Assembly (NCBI GenBank): GCA_045586285.1 | Contig: JAZNAB010000164.1 | Coordinates: forward strand, 1-28,672 | DNA: 28,672 nucleotides | From: Candidatus Flemingiibacterium sp. | Lineage (GTDB): Bacteria; Bacillota; Clostridia; Oscillospirales; CAG-272 | Direction: 5' to 3' | Shown: one piece after another, positions 10,211-19,450 of the stretch | Layout: each line of letters opens with the position of its first letter | Position numbering within the stretch: position 1 is the stretch's first letter | The notes under the pieces: generated by a model | Seen by the model: the letters and a program-made list of their open reading frames with translations, nothing else | Told to the model about the DNA's origin: nothing | Database searches by the model: none | Position numbers and translations under genes: made by a program

Positions 10211-11881
10211 ATGAGCGATAAACCGAAAAATCTATCGGATATAGACAATTTTTGGGATCTTAATAGTTTGCTCCCTCAAAAAAGGCCTATTGCTGTGCCT
10301 TCACGCTATGTAAATACAGAAGCTGTGGAGGTGATTGCAAAGAGTGATTCAGATAGAGGCGCAGGATCTATACCAATTCCGGAAAGAAGCGAACAAAGGC
10401 GTATTCTTGACCCTTATCTCATTTATACCCCCAAAAACAAATATATAAGCAGAGTTGAAATATCAAAATGGGATTCAAGGTATAATTTTTATGAAAATTT
10501 CCGCGATGATGCAAAACGGCTTTGGTCAAAGAACGGTGAAAAATGTGATAGAATCCCCTTCTTTTCCTACGTTCCGCAGTACAGTCAGCTTAAATATCCG
10601 CAGCTTAAATGGTATCTTTGGTGGCGTACGAACGTAAGGCACGGAGAATTTGAGGCAACAGATTTTTGCTATGTTTTACTTTATATTTACGAAATACTTA
10701 ACTGCCCTGAGTTGATTTGCGCAAAAGAGGGGTTGAGGCTGCTTTCTGATATTTGGATAAACTACAGAGAAGCACACCCAAGGCTTGATGCATATTTGTC
10801 CGAATGGATTTGTGACTATTGCCTTATAAATCAGCTTGAGTTTCCGACTGAGCTTTTTTATAAACTTCCGGCAAAAGCATTTGAGGGAGCGGCTATTCGT
10901 GAATTCTACTATACTGCGGGCGAAAACAGGGATGAGATTATCGGTATGTTATACAGCGCATCTGATTATGATTACAGAAAATCCAGATATGCGGTTGGCG
11001 CAAATGCAGAGCTGTTTAAAAAGCATATTGAAAATGCATTTGTTCAGGTTTATCAAGAGGTTTTTGCAAATACAAATAAAAAATTGCAGGCGGTGAACCC
11101 CACATACAATATGTCCTGCAATACGTATGAAAATACCGCACGGGAGTATAGACTTGAAAGAAGCGCATACGAGGGAGCTCTGTGTGCATACGATATTAAG
11201 CGGACGATTGCCGTTGAATATATATCATATATGCGCTCTCCGAGGTTTAAATTTTTAGTTACGGATATTGTAAAATACAGTGAAAACCGTATCAGAATAG
11301 CAATCGGAGTCAGGGCAAGACTTAAGGTTGTCGCTCTCGACGAAGCTGTGAGGGTACCTATTGACAGATATTTTGATGAACATTTGCCCATTCCGAAAAA
11401 GCGCAGGGCTGTTTCAGAGGCAGAAGAGCGTGAGAGAATAGAATATGAAAAGCTTTATGAGCCTGCAACAACAGAGTTCAACCTTGACAGAGCTATTCAA
11501 ATTGAAGAAAAATCCTGGGGGACAACTGAGGTGCTGGTGTCTGCCTTTGATGGCTATGGGGATTTTATATCTGAAACGCCAAAGGCTTTGCCGCTCAAAG
11601 TTCCCGAAAAGACTGAAGCTCCAATAGACGCCGACGAATTTTGCCTGTTTGTCAGCGCCCTTGGCGACTTGGAAAAAGAGGCGCTTTCGGGACTTTTGCT
11701 TGGCGATGAAAAGGCGGTTGAATTTGCGGCGAAAAAAAGCGGAACACTTACAGATGCATTTGCTGACAGGATTAATGAAGCTGCTTTTGATATTATTGGC
11801 GACGGTGTTATAGAGATGACAGAAAAGGGCTATCATATTATAAATGAATACAGGGGAGATTTGTCGAAATGGCTGAAATAA
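10211..11881 (+). CDS. TerB-N / TerB-C domain protein
   Basis: FFSYVPQYSQL..QLKWYLWWRTNVR..YVLLYIYEILN resembles TerB_N; C-terminal DAFADRINEAAFDIIGDGVIE resembles TerB_C; context with ATPase and helicase. Confidence 0.8.
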   Translation: MSDKPKNLSDIDNFWDLNSLLPQKRPIAVPSRYVNTEAVEVIAKSDSDRGAGSIPIPERSEQRRILDPYLIYTPKNKYISRVEISKWDSRYNFYENFRDDAKRLWSKNGEKCDRIPFFSYVPQYSQLKYPQLKWYLWWRTNVRHGEFEATDFCYVLLYIYEILNCPELICAKEGLRLLSDIWINYREAHPRLDAYLSEWICDYCLINQLEFPTELFYKLPAKAFEGAAIREFYYTAGENRDEIIGMLYSASDYDYRKSRYAVGANAELFKKHIENAFVQVYQEVFANTNKKLQAVNPTYNMSCNTYENTAREYRLERSAYEGALCAYDIKRTIAVEYISYMRSPRFKFLVTDIVKYSENRIRIAIGVRARLKVVALDEAVRVPIDRYFDEHLPIPKKRRAVSEAEERERIEYEKLYEPATTEFNLDRAIQIEEKSWGTTEVLVSAFDGYGDFISETPKALPLKVPEKTEAPIDADEFCLFVSALGDLEKEALSGLLLGDEKAVEFAAKKSGTLTDAFADRINEAAFDIIGDGVIEMTEKGYHIINEYRGDLSKWLK

Positions 11882-13245
11882 ATGAAAACGCAAGAAAAAT
11901 ACCGAGGCGAATTTTATCAAGTTTGCTTTCATCTATATCTGCAGGTGTTGTTCCGAGAATGGGCGCACCCTATATTGCAATTGGACGAGGCGAAGAAATC
12001 GAAGCACTTTTGGGCGACCTTGAAACTGTTTCGGAGGGCGGCGGCTCTATGCGCTTTATTATAGGCAAATACGGCAGCGGAAAGAGCTTTTTAATTCAGC
12101 TTGTCAGAGGCTTTTGTCTTGAGAGAGGTTTTATCTGCGCTGATGCGGATTTATCGCCTGAACGGAGAATTTGCGGCGCTAAAGGGGTGGGAATTGCCAC
12201 CTATAAGGAGCTTATGAAGAACCTTTCGTCCAAGGCTTCTCTTGACGGCGGTGCACTTGGCGGTATAATTGCAAAATGGCTGTCAGAACTTCAAAGTGAG
12301 GTCGCAAGTACAGGAGTTTTGCCCGGCAGTGAGGAATTTTACGGGCTTATGAATTCAAAAATATATGCTATTACAAGAGAGCTTGAAGCGGAAGTCGGCG
12401 GTTTTGATTTTGCATCGGTGCTTGTAAGTTATTATAATGCCTACATTGAAGAAAATGAAGAACAAAAATCCGCTTGTATTCGTTGGCTTCGTGGAGAATA
12501 CACCACTAAAACCGAGGCAAAGGGCGCAATGGGACGCCATATAGGCGGTATAATTGACGATGATAATTGGTATGAGTATATTAAGCTTTGGGCTGTATTC
12601 TTCAGGAAAATCGGTTACAGAGGTTTTGTGGTTTTTATAGACGAATGTGTTAACCTCTACAAAATTTCCAACCGCATATCAAGAGAAAATAATTATGAAA
12701 AAATACTGTCTATGTTTAATGATACTCTCCAAGGTAAAGCACAGGGACTTGCCCTTATATTTGGAGGAACTCCCCAATTCCTTGAAGACAGCCGGCGCGG
12801 GCTTTTCAGCTATGAAGCACTTAAGAGCCGTCTTTCCGACGGAAAATTTCAAAAAGAGGGATACAAAAACTTAATCGGACCGGTTATCAGATTAAGACGT
12901 TTGTCAGATGAGGAGCTTTTTGCCCTTGTATCAAGAATAACATTGCTTCACGGGCAGAATTACAATTGGACACCGAGGGTTACAAACGAGGATATGGCAA
13001 ACTTTTTGAAAATTTGCCTTGAAAGAGCGGGAGCAGATTCACTTATAACTCCACGAGAAATAATAAGGGATTATATGACGGTTCTTAATATTTTATATCA
13101 AAATCCCGAAACGGATTTTGCGGCAATAGTTAAAAGCCCTGTTGTAAGTTTATCTCACGGTGATAATGACGACGATAAGATTATAGAAACGAAGGAAGAA
13201 GCTAAAAACGCTTTTGGTATCAGCTTTGAGGATATTGAAATATAA
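11869..13245 (+). CDS. DUF2791 / BrxD-like P-loop ATPase
   Basis: AGVVPR..IAIGR..E, Walker A GKYGSGKS, Walker B VVFIDE, RGLFSYEALKSRL; 13-nt overlap with the upstream gene. Confidence 0.85.
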   Translation: MAEINENARKIPRRILSSLLSSISAGVVPRMGAPYIAIGRGEEIEALLGDLETVSEGGGSMRFIIGKYGSGKSFLIQLVRGFCLERGFICADADLSPERRICGAKGVGIATYKELMKNLSSKASLDGGALGGIIAKWLSELQSEVASTGVLPGSEEFYGLMNSKIYAITRELEAEVGGFDFASVLVSYYNAYIEENEEQKSACIRWLRGEYTTKTEAKGAMGRHIGGIIDDDNWYEYIKLWAVFFRKIGYRGFVVFIDECVNLYKISNRISRENNYEKILSMFNDTLQGKAQGLALIFGGTPQFLEDSRRGLFSYEALKSRLSDGKFQKEGYKNLIGPVIRLRRLSDEELFALVSRITLLHGQNYNWTPRVTNEDMANFLKICLERAGADSLITPREIIRDYMTVLNILYQNPETDFAAIVKSPVVSLSHGDNDDDKIIETKEEAKNAFGISFEDIEI

Positions 13246-13262
13246 CTAAAAAGGGGTACATT

Positions 13263-15497
13263 ATGACGGATAAGGATATTTTTTATAGGTTTTCTCCTTT
13301 TATTCAGGAATATATCTATAATAACGGCTGGCAGGAGCTAAGGGAAGTACAAGCCTTAGCTGCTAAGGTTATTTTTGAGTCAGATGACAACCTACTTTTG
13401 ACTTCCGGAACGGCATCGGGAAAAACCGAGGCGGCGTTTTTTCCTATTATTTCAGAACTTTACGAGAATATGCCGAGCAGTATAGGAGTTTTGTATATAG
13501 CCCCTCTTAAGAGCCTTATAAATGACCAATTTTCAAGACTTGATGAGATTCTTGACCTTTCGGGAATACCTGTGTTCCATTGGCACGGCGATGTTGCAGC
13601 GTCACACAAAAATAAGCTTCTTAAAAATCCTTCCGGTATACTTCAGATTACACCTGAATCGCTTGAGAGTATGCTTATGAATCGCTCTAACGATATTGTA
13701 AGGCTTTTCGGGGATTTGCGGTATGTTGTCATAGATGAGATACATACAATGACAGGTACGGACAGAGGAAATCAAATTATCTGTCAGCTTGTACGTATTG
13801 CAAGACTTATCGGTCACGAACCGAGGCGCATCGGACTTTCGGCAACTGTTGGTGACAGAGAGATTGCAGCTCAGTTTTTAGGAGGAGGTACAAACAGACA
13901 GACGGTTGCTCCAGAAACTTCTGAGGGGGTTGTCAAATGGAAGCTTGGGATAGAGCATTTTTACCTTGATGGTGGACAAGCAGAAGACATATGTTTACCC
14001 CCCAAAAATGCTTCTTTGCCTTATAAAACAGAAATTGATCCGAGATATGAATATATCTATGAATGTGTAAAAAACAAAAAAGCCATTATTTTCTCAAATT
14101 CCCGTGAGGAAACAGAGTATGTAACGGCTACTATGCGCCAAATTGCCGAAAACAGAGGCGATGAGGACAGATTTTTAATACATCACGGCAACCTTTCCGC
14201 ATCTATCAGAGAGGAAACTGAGCTGAAGATGAAAGATGACGAGCACAAAGAGGTTGCTTGTGCTACTGTAACAATGGAGCTTGGTATTGATATCGGACGG
14301 CTTGAAAGGGTTATACAAAACGATGCACCAAACTCGGTGTCAGGTTTTTTGCAGAGGCTTGGTAGGTCGGGAAGACGTGGCGCTCCGCCCGAAATGATGA
14401 TGGTGTTCGGCGAGGAAAATCCTATTCCGAATACACCGCTTCCAGAGCTTATACCCTGGGGACTTTTACGGGCGATCGCTATAGTGCAGCTTTATCTTGA
14501 AGAAAAATTTATAGAGCCGCCATTTACCAAAAAGCTACCATACAGCCTTGCTTTTCAGCAAACTCTGAGTATTCTTGCATCATCCGGAGAGCTTATGCCA
14601 AAGGTACTTGCCGAGAGGGTTTTGAGTTTGCCGCCTTTTTTGCATATTCCAAAAGAGGATTACAAGGCTATGCTTGTAAGTATGCTAAAAAATGAATTTC
14701 TTGAGCTTACCGAGGACGGCGGAATTATTATCGGTCTTCGTGGCGAGAAGCTTATAAACAGCTTTAAATTTTATGCTGTTTTCAAGGACAGTGAGGACTA
14801 TACAGTCCGGTGTGAGTCGGACGAAATCGGCACTATAACCGCACCGCTGCCTATTGGTGACCGTTTTGCCCTTGCAGGCAGAGTGTGGGAAGTTTCAGAG
14901 CTTGACATTCCAAGGCATCTTATTTATGTTAAATCCGTAAAGGGTAAGATGGAAGTATCTTGGCCAGGCGATTTTGGTGAAATTCACACACGTATTCTTG
15001 AGCGTATGCGGGATATTCTCTCTGAGGATACTGTTTATCCCTACCTCAAGCCCAATGCAAAAAACAGGATTCAAGCTACTCGTGCACTTGCTAAAAGCAC
15101 GGGAATTGCCGGTCATTCTCTTGTGTGCCTTGGCGGGTATACATGGTGCTTGTTCCCTTGGCTTGGCACACGGTCATTCCGCACCATGCGTAAGTTTATT
15201 TTAAGTAATGCTCACCGATTCGGAATTTCGGGTATGGAATTTGAAGGCTGTTATTATATGACATTTAAAATGGAATATGCAAATGGGAAAGAGCTTATAT
15301 CTGCTCTTTGCGATATTGTACGGCGTGAGGGAGTGGACTGCACTCGTCTTGTTGGGAAAAGTGAAGCTCCTGCATTTGAAAAATATGACGATTATCTTCC
15401 CTCGGAGCTTTTACGGCGGCAGTATTATACAGACAAGCTTCGCCCCGATGAAGTTGAAAAGCGGCTTTTTGATATATTAAACGAATTCAAAGATTAA
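13263..15497 (+). CDS. Lhr-like SF2 DEAD/DEAH helicase (BrxHI-like)
   Basis: SGTASGKT, YIAPLKSLINDQ, TPESLE, DEIH, LSAT, HHGNLS, TMELGID, QRLGRSGR. Confidence 0.9.
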   Translation: MTDKDIFYRFSPFIQEYIYNNGWQELREVQALAAKVIFESDDNLLLTSGTASGKTEAAFFPIISELYENMPSSIGVLYIAPLKSLINDQFSRLDEILDLSGIPVFHWHGDVAASHKNKLLKNPSGILQITPESLESMLMNRSNDIVRLFGDLRYVVIDEIHTMTGTDRGNQIICQLVRIARLIGHEPRRIGLSATVGDREIAAQFLGGGTNRQTVAPETSEGVVKWKLGIEHFYLDGGQAEDICLPPKNASLPYKTEIDPRYEYIYECVKNKKAIIFSNSREETEYVTATMRQIAENRGDEDRFLIHHGNLSASIREETELKMKDDEHKEVACATVTMELGIDIGRLERVIQNDAPNSVSGFLQRLGRSGRRGAPPEMMMVFGEENPIPNTPLPELIPWGLLRAIAIVQLYLEEKFIEPPFTKKLPYSLAFQQTLSILASSGELMPKVLAERVLSLPPFLHIPKEDYKAMLVSMLKNEFLELTEDGGIIIGLRGEKLINSFKFYAVFKDSEDYTVRCESDEIGTITAPLPIGDRFALAGRVWEVSELDIPRHLIYVKSVKGKMEVSWPGDFGEIHTRILERMRDILSEDTVYPYLKPNAKNRIQATRALAKSTGIAGHSLVCLGGYTWCLFPWLGTRSFRTMRKFILSNAHRFGISGMEFEGCYYMTFKMEYANGKELISALCDIVRREGVDCTRLVGKSEAPAFEKYDDYLPSELLRRQYYTDKLRPDEVEKRLFDILNEFKD

Positions 15498-15742
15498 TCC
15501 CCTCTTTTTTTCTCTCTGGCGGCTATATCGAAAAGTAGCGCACCGCCTACGATAAGTAAAAGGGACATTGCAAAATGCTCCATCATATAGCTGAATTGAA
15601 GGCTCAGCCTGGCGGCGTCGTATTCTCTGAGTCCCGCTCTGTAGGCTACTATGTATATTAACATTATTGTTACTGCTGCAAGTCCCCATTTCAGAATTTT
15701 TAGTGAAACGGGCGACAGCTTGTTTATTTTATTCTTTTTCAT
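15494..15742 (-). CDS. Small hypothetical two-TM membrane protein
   Basis: SD AGGAG, basic N-terminus, two hydrophobic segments; own TGG-TATAAT at 15781-15773. Confidence 0.7.
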   Translation of the reverse strand: MKKNKINKLSPVSLKILKWGLAAVTIMLIYIVAYRAGLREYDAARLSLQFSYMMEHFAMSLLLIVGGALLFDIAAREKKRGD

Positions 15743-15827
15743 CTTTATTCTCCTGACCTTTTTTCTATAATAATTATACCATAACCTATCTGATTTTTCA
15801 TCAATCGCTTTTTGGTAAATAGGGAGA

Positions 15828-16715
15828 TTGTTGGAAGAAACGCTTTATGAAAGGGTGACTTTTAAGTTGAATAATTCCAGGCTTGGTATGTCAAGTGCAT
15901 GTTTTTATCCGGATGAAACGCTTGAGGCTGTTAAGCACTGTATAGATCTTGGGTTTGAAAACATCGAAATATTTATAAATACGTTCTCAGAACTTGAAAA
16001 ACCGTATCTTGATAAAATTTCAAGGTGCTGTTTAGAATCGGGAACCCGTGTTGTAGCAATTCACCCTTTTACATCGGGTTTTGAGTACTTATTTTTCTTT
16101 TCGGCATATAAAAAAAGAGCAAAAGAGTCGGCGGAGTTGTATAGAAAGTATTTTCACGCTGCTGCATACCTTGGGGCAGATTACAGTATTTTGCACGGCG
16201 ATGCTCTTAAAGCTCCCTTTTTCGGACTTGATAATTACTGCGAAGTGTTGGAAATGCTTTCGCAAACAGCTAAGGAGGAGGGGGTTATGTTGATTCACGA
16301 GAACGTATCTACTGCCAGAGCAGGCAATCCTGAATTTATGAAAGCTCTTCGTGAAAAAATCGGTAAGGGAAAGCTTAAATATGCTTTTGACATAAAGCAG
16401 GCTGCAAGAGGCGGATATTCTCCTTTTGATATGCTTGAGGCGATGGGTGATGATATTGTTCACGTTCATATTAATGATTGGCTTGACGGGGAATGTAAAC
16501 TTGCATATGCCGGAGGACTTGACCTTGACGGTATTATTTCAAGACTTGAGGGCGGCGGATATTCGGGCAAGTATATTGTGGAAGTTTACAAAAAGAATTT
16601 TTCAAGGGACGATGAAATTTCTGTTTGCAAGAAAAAAATTGAAGAAAAACTTTTGAAGATTAAGGCAAATTTTATACAAAAAGAAACGCAAAATATCAGC
16701 AATATTACCAATTGA
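15828..16715 (+). CDS. Sugar phosphate isomerase/epimerase (xylose-isomerase-like/AP endonuclease 2 TIM barrel)
   Basis: Metal-site pattern EIF...HENV...FDIKQA...HVHIND...IVEVY; SD GGGAG before a TTG start. Confidence 0.8.
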   Translation: MLEETLYERVTFKLNNSRLGMSSACFYPDETLEAVKHCIDLGFENIEIFINTFSELEKPYLDKISRCCLESGTRVVAIHPFTSGFEYLFFFSAYKKRAKESAELYRKYFHAAAYLGADYSILHGDALKAPFFGLDNYCEVLEMLSQTAKEEGVMLIHENVSTARAGNPEFMKALREKIGKGKLKYAFDIKQAARGGYSPFDMLEAMGDDIVHVHINDWLDGECKLAYAGGLDLDGIISRLEGGGYSGKYIVEVYKKNFSRDDEISVCKKKIEEKLLKIKANFIQKETQNISNITN

Positions 16716-16740
16716 CTTTTGGATACAAATGATATATAAT
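16712..16740 (+). promoter_or_regulatory. Sigma-A promoter of nrdD
   Basis: TTGACT-17-TATAAT. Confidence 0.75.
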
Positions 16741-16753
16741 AAAATATGCTACA

Positions 16754-16801
16754 ATACTATATGTAGTGTTGTGTAATAAAATAAACCACTATATTTTGTG
16801 G
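16754..16801 (+). promoter_or_regulatory. Tandem NrdR boxes
   Basis: ATACTATATGTAGTGT (16754-16769) and CCACTATATTTTGTGG (16786-16801) match acaCwAtATaTwGtgt, with starts 32 bp apart. Confidence 0.85.
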
Positions 16802-16897
16802 TTTTGGATATTTTTGGCAGACAGCAGATTTGCCCGAAACTGTAAGACTGCCGGTATTTTATTTATAGACAGCTATGATGCTATACGGAGGAATAGT

Positions 16898-19234
16898 ATG
16901 ATTACAAAAATCATTAAGAGAGATGGCAGAGAAGTGCCATTTAACATTGAAAAAATTGCGGGAGCAATATATAAGGCTGCACAGGCTTTGGGTGGCCACG
17001 ATTACGGCACAGCTATGGATCTTGCCTGCAACGTTGCAAGTGAGCTTGAAGCTCAGTGCGGTGTTGGCGGCATACCAACCGTTGAACAGATTCAGGATAC
17101 TGTGGAAAAGGTGCTTGTAAACAGCGGACACGCACGTACGGCAAAGGAATATATTCTTTACCGTGCTGAGCGTACACGTATTCGTGAAATGAATACTAAG
17201 CTTATGAAGATTTACGAAGACCTTACCTTTAAAGCAGCTAAGGACTCGGATATCAAACGTGAGAATGCCAACATCAACGGCGATACTGCTATGGGTACAA
17301 TGCTCAAGTACGGCTCTGAGGGCGCAAAGCAGTTCTACGAAATGTATATTCTTGACCCTGTACATTCCAAAGCTCACAATGAGGGCGATATCCATATTCA
17401 CGATATGGACTTTTTAACACTTACAACCACCTGCTGTCAGATTGATATTATCAAGCTTTTTGAGAATGGATTTTCTACAGGACACGGATTCCTTCGCACA
17501 CCGAAAGATATAGCAAGTTATTCAGCTCTTGCTTGTATTGCTATTCAGTCAAATCAAAACGACCAACACGGCGGACAGAGTATTCCAAACTTCGAATACG
17601 GTATGGCTCCCGGTGTTAAGAAAACATATTGTAAGCTATATAAGAAAAATCTTGCCAAATCACTTGAACTTATCGCAGGAGTTGAAAATTCCGATGCGGT
17701 GGCTGAGGAAATTATATCAAAGCTTTCAAACACCCCCACACTTGCGAATGAGAACGGATTTGTAACAGAAATCAAGAGTGCTCTTACAGCTGCATATGGC
17801 AGTGAAAATACGGAAAAAATACTTAGCTTTACACGCAAATATGCTTTATCTGAAACCGAAAGGGCAACATATCAGGCAATGGAAGCCCTCATTCACAATC
17901 TCAATACTATGCATTCCCGTGCAGGAGCGCAGATCCCATTTAGTTCTCTTAACTATGGACTTGATACATCTGCAGAGGGAAGACTTGTAATCAAGTCGAT
18001 TCTTCTCGCCACTGATTCTGGCCTTGGAAACGGTGAAACACCTATATTCCCAATTCAGATATTTAAGGTAAAAGACGGTATTAACTATAATCCGGGTGAT
18101 CCTAACTATGACCTCTTTAAGCTTGCTTGTAAAGTATCAGCTAAGCGGCTTTTCCCCAACTTCTCGTTTATAGATGCACCGTATAATCTCCGCTACTATC
18201 AGCCCGGCAAACCCGAAACTGAAGTTGCATATATGGGTTGCCGTACAAGAGTTGTTGCAAATACATATGATCCTGACCGTGAAATTGTAAACGGCAGAGG
18301 AAACTTGAGCTTTACTTCCATAAATCTTCCAAGACTTGCAATTAATGCACAGGGAAATATAGATAAATTCTTTGAAGATCTTGACAGAAAGATTACTATT
18401 GTAATTGATCAGCTTCTTGACCGATTCAAGATTCAGAGTGAAAAAACTGTAAGAAACTATCCTTTCCTTATGGGACAGGGTATTTGGATTGATTCAGACA
18501 AGCTTAAGATAGACGATAAGGTTGGAGAAGTATTAAAGCACGGTACGCTTACTGTTGGATTTATAGGACTTGCAGAATGTTTAAAGGCTCTTATCGGCAA
18601 GCACCACGGTGAGTCTAAAGATGCTCAAAATCTTGGACTTGAAATTATCGGCTATATGCGTAAGCGCACAGATGAAGCCAGCAAAAAATACGGTCTTAAC
18701 TTCTCGGTAATCGGTACTCCTGCAGAGGGATTATCAGGAAGATTTGTACGTATAGATAAGAAAAAGTATGGTATTATTAAGGGCGTTACCGACAGAGATT
18801 ACTATACAAACTCATTCCATATTCCAGTATATTTCAACATTTCCGCACCGGAAAAGATTAAGCTTGAAGCTCCTTATCACGAGTTAACAAATGGCGGTCA
18901 TATCACATATGTAGAGCTTGACGGCAATCCTTCCGAAAACCTTGATGCATTTGAAGCGGTTATCCGTTGTATGAAGGAAGCGGGAATAGGATACGGTTCA
19001 ATTAACCACCCTGTTGACCGTGACCCTGTATGCGGATACACAGGAATTATCGATAACGAATGCCCGTGCTGCCATCGTACCGAAGATGACGGAAAAGGTA
19101 AGTTTGAGCGTATTCGTAGAATTACCGGTTACCTTGTTGGTACGCTTGATAGCTTTAATAACGCTAAACGTGCAGAGGTTGATGACAGAGTTAAACACTC
19201 GGTTAGAGAATCTGACGGAGATCTTTTTGAGTAA
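16898..19234 (+). CDS. nrdD: Anaerobic (class III) ribonucleoside-triphosphate reductase with ATP cone
   Basis: ATP cone MITKIIKRDGREVPF, TTCCQID, MGCRT, TPAEGLSGRF, CG/CPCC Zn site, glycyl-radical loop RIRRITGYL. Start trimmed to ATG 16898 after SD GGAGG. Confidence 0.97.
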   Translation: MITKIIKRDGREVPFNIEKIAGAIYKAAQALGGHDYGTAMDLACNVASELEAQCGVGGIPTVEQIQDTVEKVLVNSGHARTAKEYILYRAERTRIREMNTKLMKIYEDLTFKAAKDSDIKRENANINGDTAMGTMLKYGSEGAKQFYEMYILDPVHSKAHNEGDIHIHDMDFLTLTTTCCQIDIIKLFENGFSTGHGFLRTPKDIASYSALACIAIQSNQNDQHGGQSIPNFEYGMAPGVKKTYCKLYKKNLAKSLELIAGVENSDAVAEEIISKLSNTPTLANENGFVTEIKSALTAAYGSENTEKILSFTRKYALSETERATYQAMEALIHNLNTMHSRAGAQIPFSSLNYGLDTSAEGRLVIKSILLATDSGLGNGETPIFPIQIFKVKDGINYNPGDPNYDLFKLACKVSAKRLFPNFSFIDAPYNLRYYQPGKPETEVAYMGCRTRVVANTYDPDREIVNGRGNLSFTSINLPRLAINAQGNIDKFFEDLDRKITIVIDQLLDRFKIQSEKTVRNYPFLMGQGIWIDSDKLKIDDKVGEVLKHGTLTVGFIGLAECLKALIGKHHGESKDAQNLGLEIIGYMRKRTDEASKKYGLNFSVIGTPAEGLSGRFVRIDKKKYGIIKGVTDRDYYTNSFHIPVYFNISAPEKIKLEAPYHELTNGGHITYVELDGNPSENLDAFEAVIRCMKEAGIGYGSINHPVDRDPVCGYTGIIDNECPCCHRTEDDGKGKFERIRRITGYLVGTLDSFNNAKRAEVDDRVKHSVRESDGDLFE

Positions 19235-19242
19235 AATTGATT

Positions 19243-19279
19243 TAGAGCGCAGCAGAAATGCTGCGCTCTATGTTTTTTT
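19243..19279 (+). terminator. Intrinsic terminator after nrdD
   Basis: 12-bp perfect stem TAGAGCGCAGCA-GAAA-TGCTGCGCTCTA plus T-tract. Confidence 0.85.
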
Positions 19280-19289
19280 GAAAAGGGGG

Positions 19290-19318
19290 TTGACAAATTC
19301 CCTTGTTTGTGGTATAAT
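19290..19318 (+). promoter_or_regulatory. Consensus sigma-A promoter of tRNA-Glu
   Basis: TTGACA-17-TATAAT with an extended TG. Confidence 0.85.
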
Positions 19319-19335
19319 GTCTATGCTGAAAATAA

Positions 19336-19410
19336 GGCCTGTTGGTCAAGCGGCTAAGACGCCGCCCTCTCAAGGCGGAATCATGGGTTCGATTCCCGTA
19401 CGGGTCACCA
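19336..19410 (+). tRNA. trnE: tRNA-Glu (anticodon CTC)
   Basis: Cloverleaf: acceptor GGCCTGT/ACGGGTC, D-arm GTC/GAC, anticodon stem CCGCC/GGCGG with loop CT-CTC-AA, T-loop TTCGATT, encoded CCA. Confidence 0.97.
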
Positions 19411-19411
19411 C

Positions 19412-19450
19412 AAAAGAAAAGTACCATCGTCAGATGGTGCTTTTTCTTTT
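19412..19450 (+). terminator. Terminator after tRNA-Glu (possibly bidirectional)
   Basis: AAAAGAAAA-GTACCATC-GTCA-GATGGTGC-TTTTTCTTTT. Confidence 0.8.

Noticed and set aside
10211-11881. Tellurite-resistance operon
   Set aside because: No terA/C/D/E/Z; TerB_N/TerB_C naming does not imply tellurite resistance
11414-11932. 172-aa minus-strand ORF inside the TerB/ATPase junction (considered as a hidden antitoxin)
   Set aside because: Phe/Lys-rich composition typical of reverse-complement frames; no SD or promoter seen
10211-15497. Complete BREX/Pgl system
   Set aside because: No PglX methyltransferase, PglZ phosphatase or PglY/BrxC in the window; only the BrxD/BrxHI-like pair
16859-17401. 180-aa minus-strand ORF and other short ORFs nested in nrdD, ybhJ, the peptidase and the helicase
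   Set aside because: Shadow frames of well-supported genes
19336-19410. Suppressor or pseudo-tRNA (extra G-U pairs in the acceptor and T stems)
   Set aside because: Cloverleaf, CCA, promoter and terminator are all intact; CTC is an ordinary Glu anticodon
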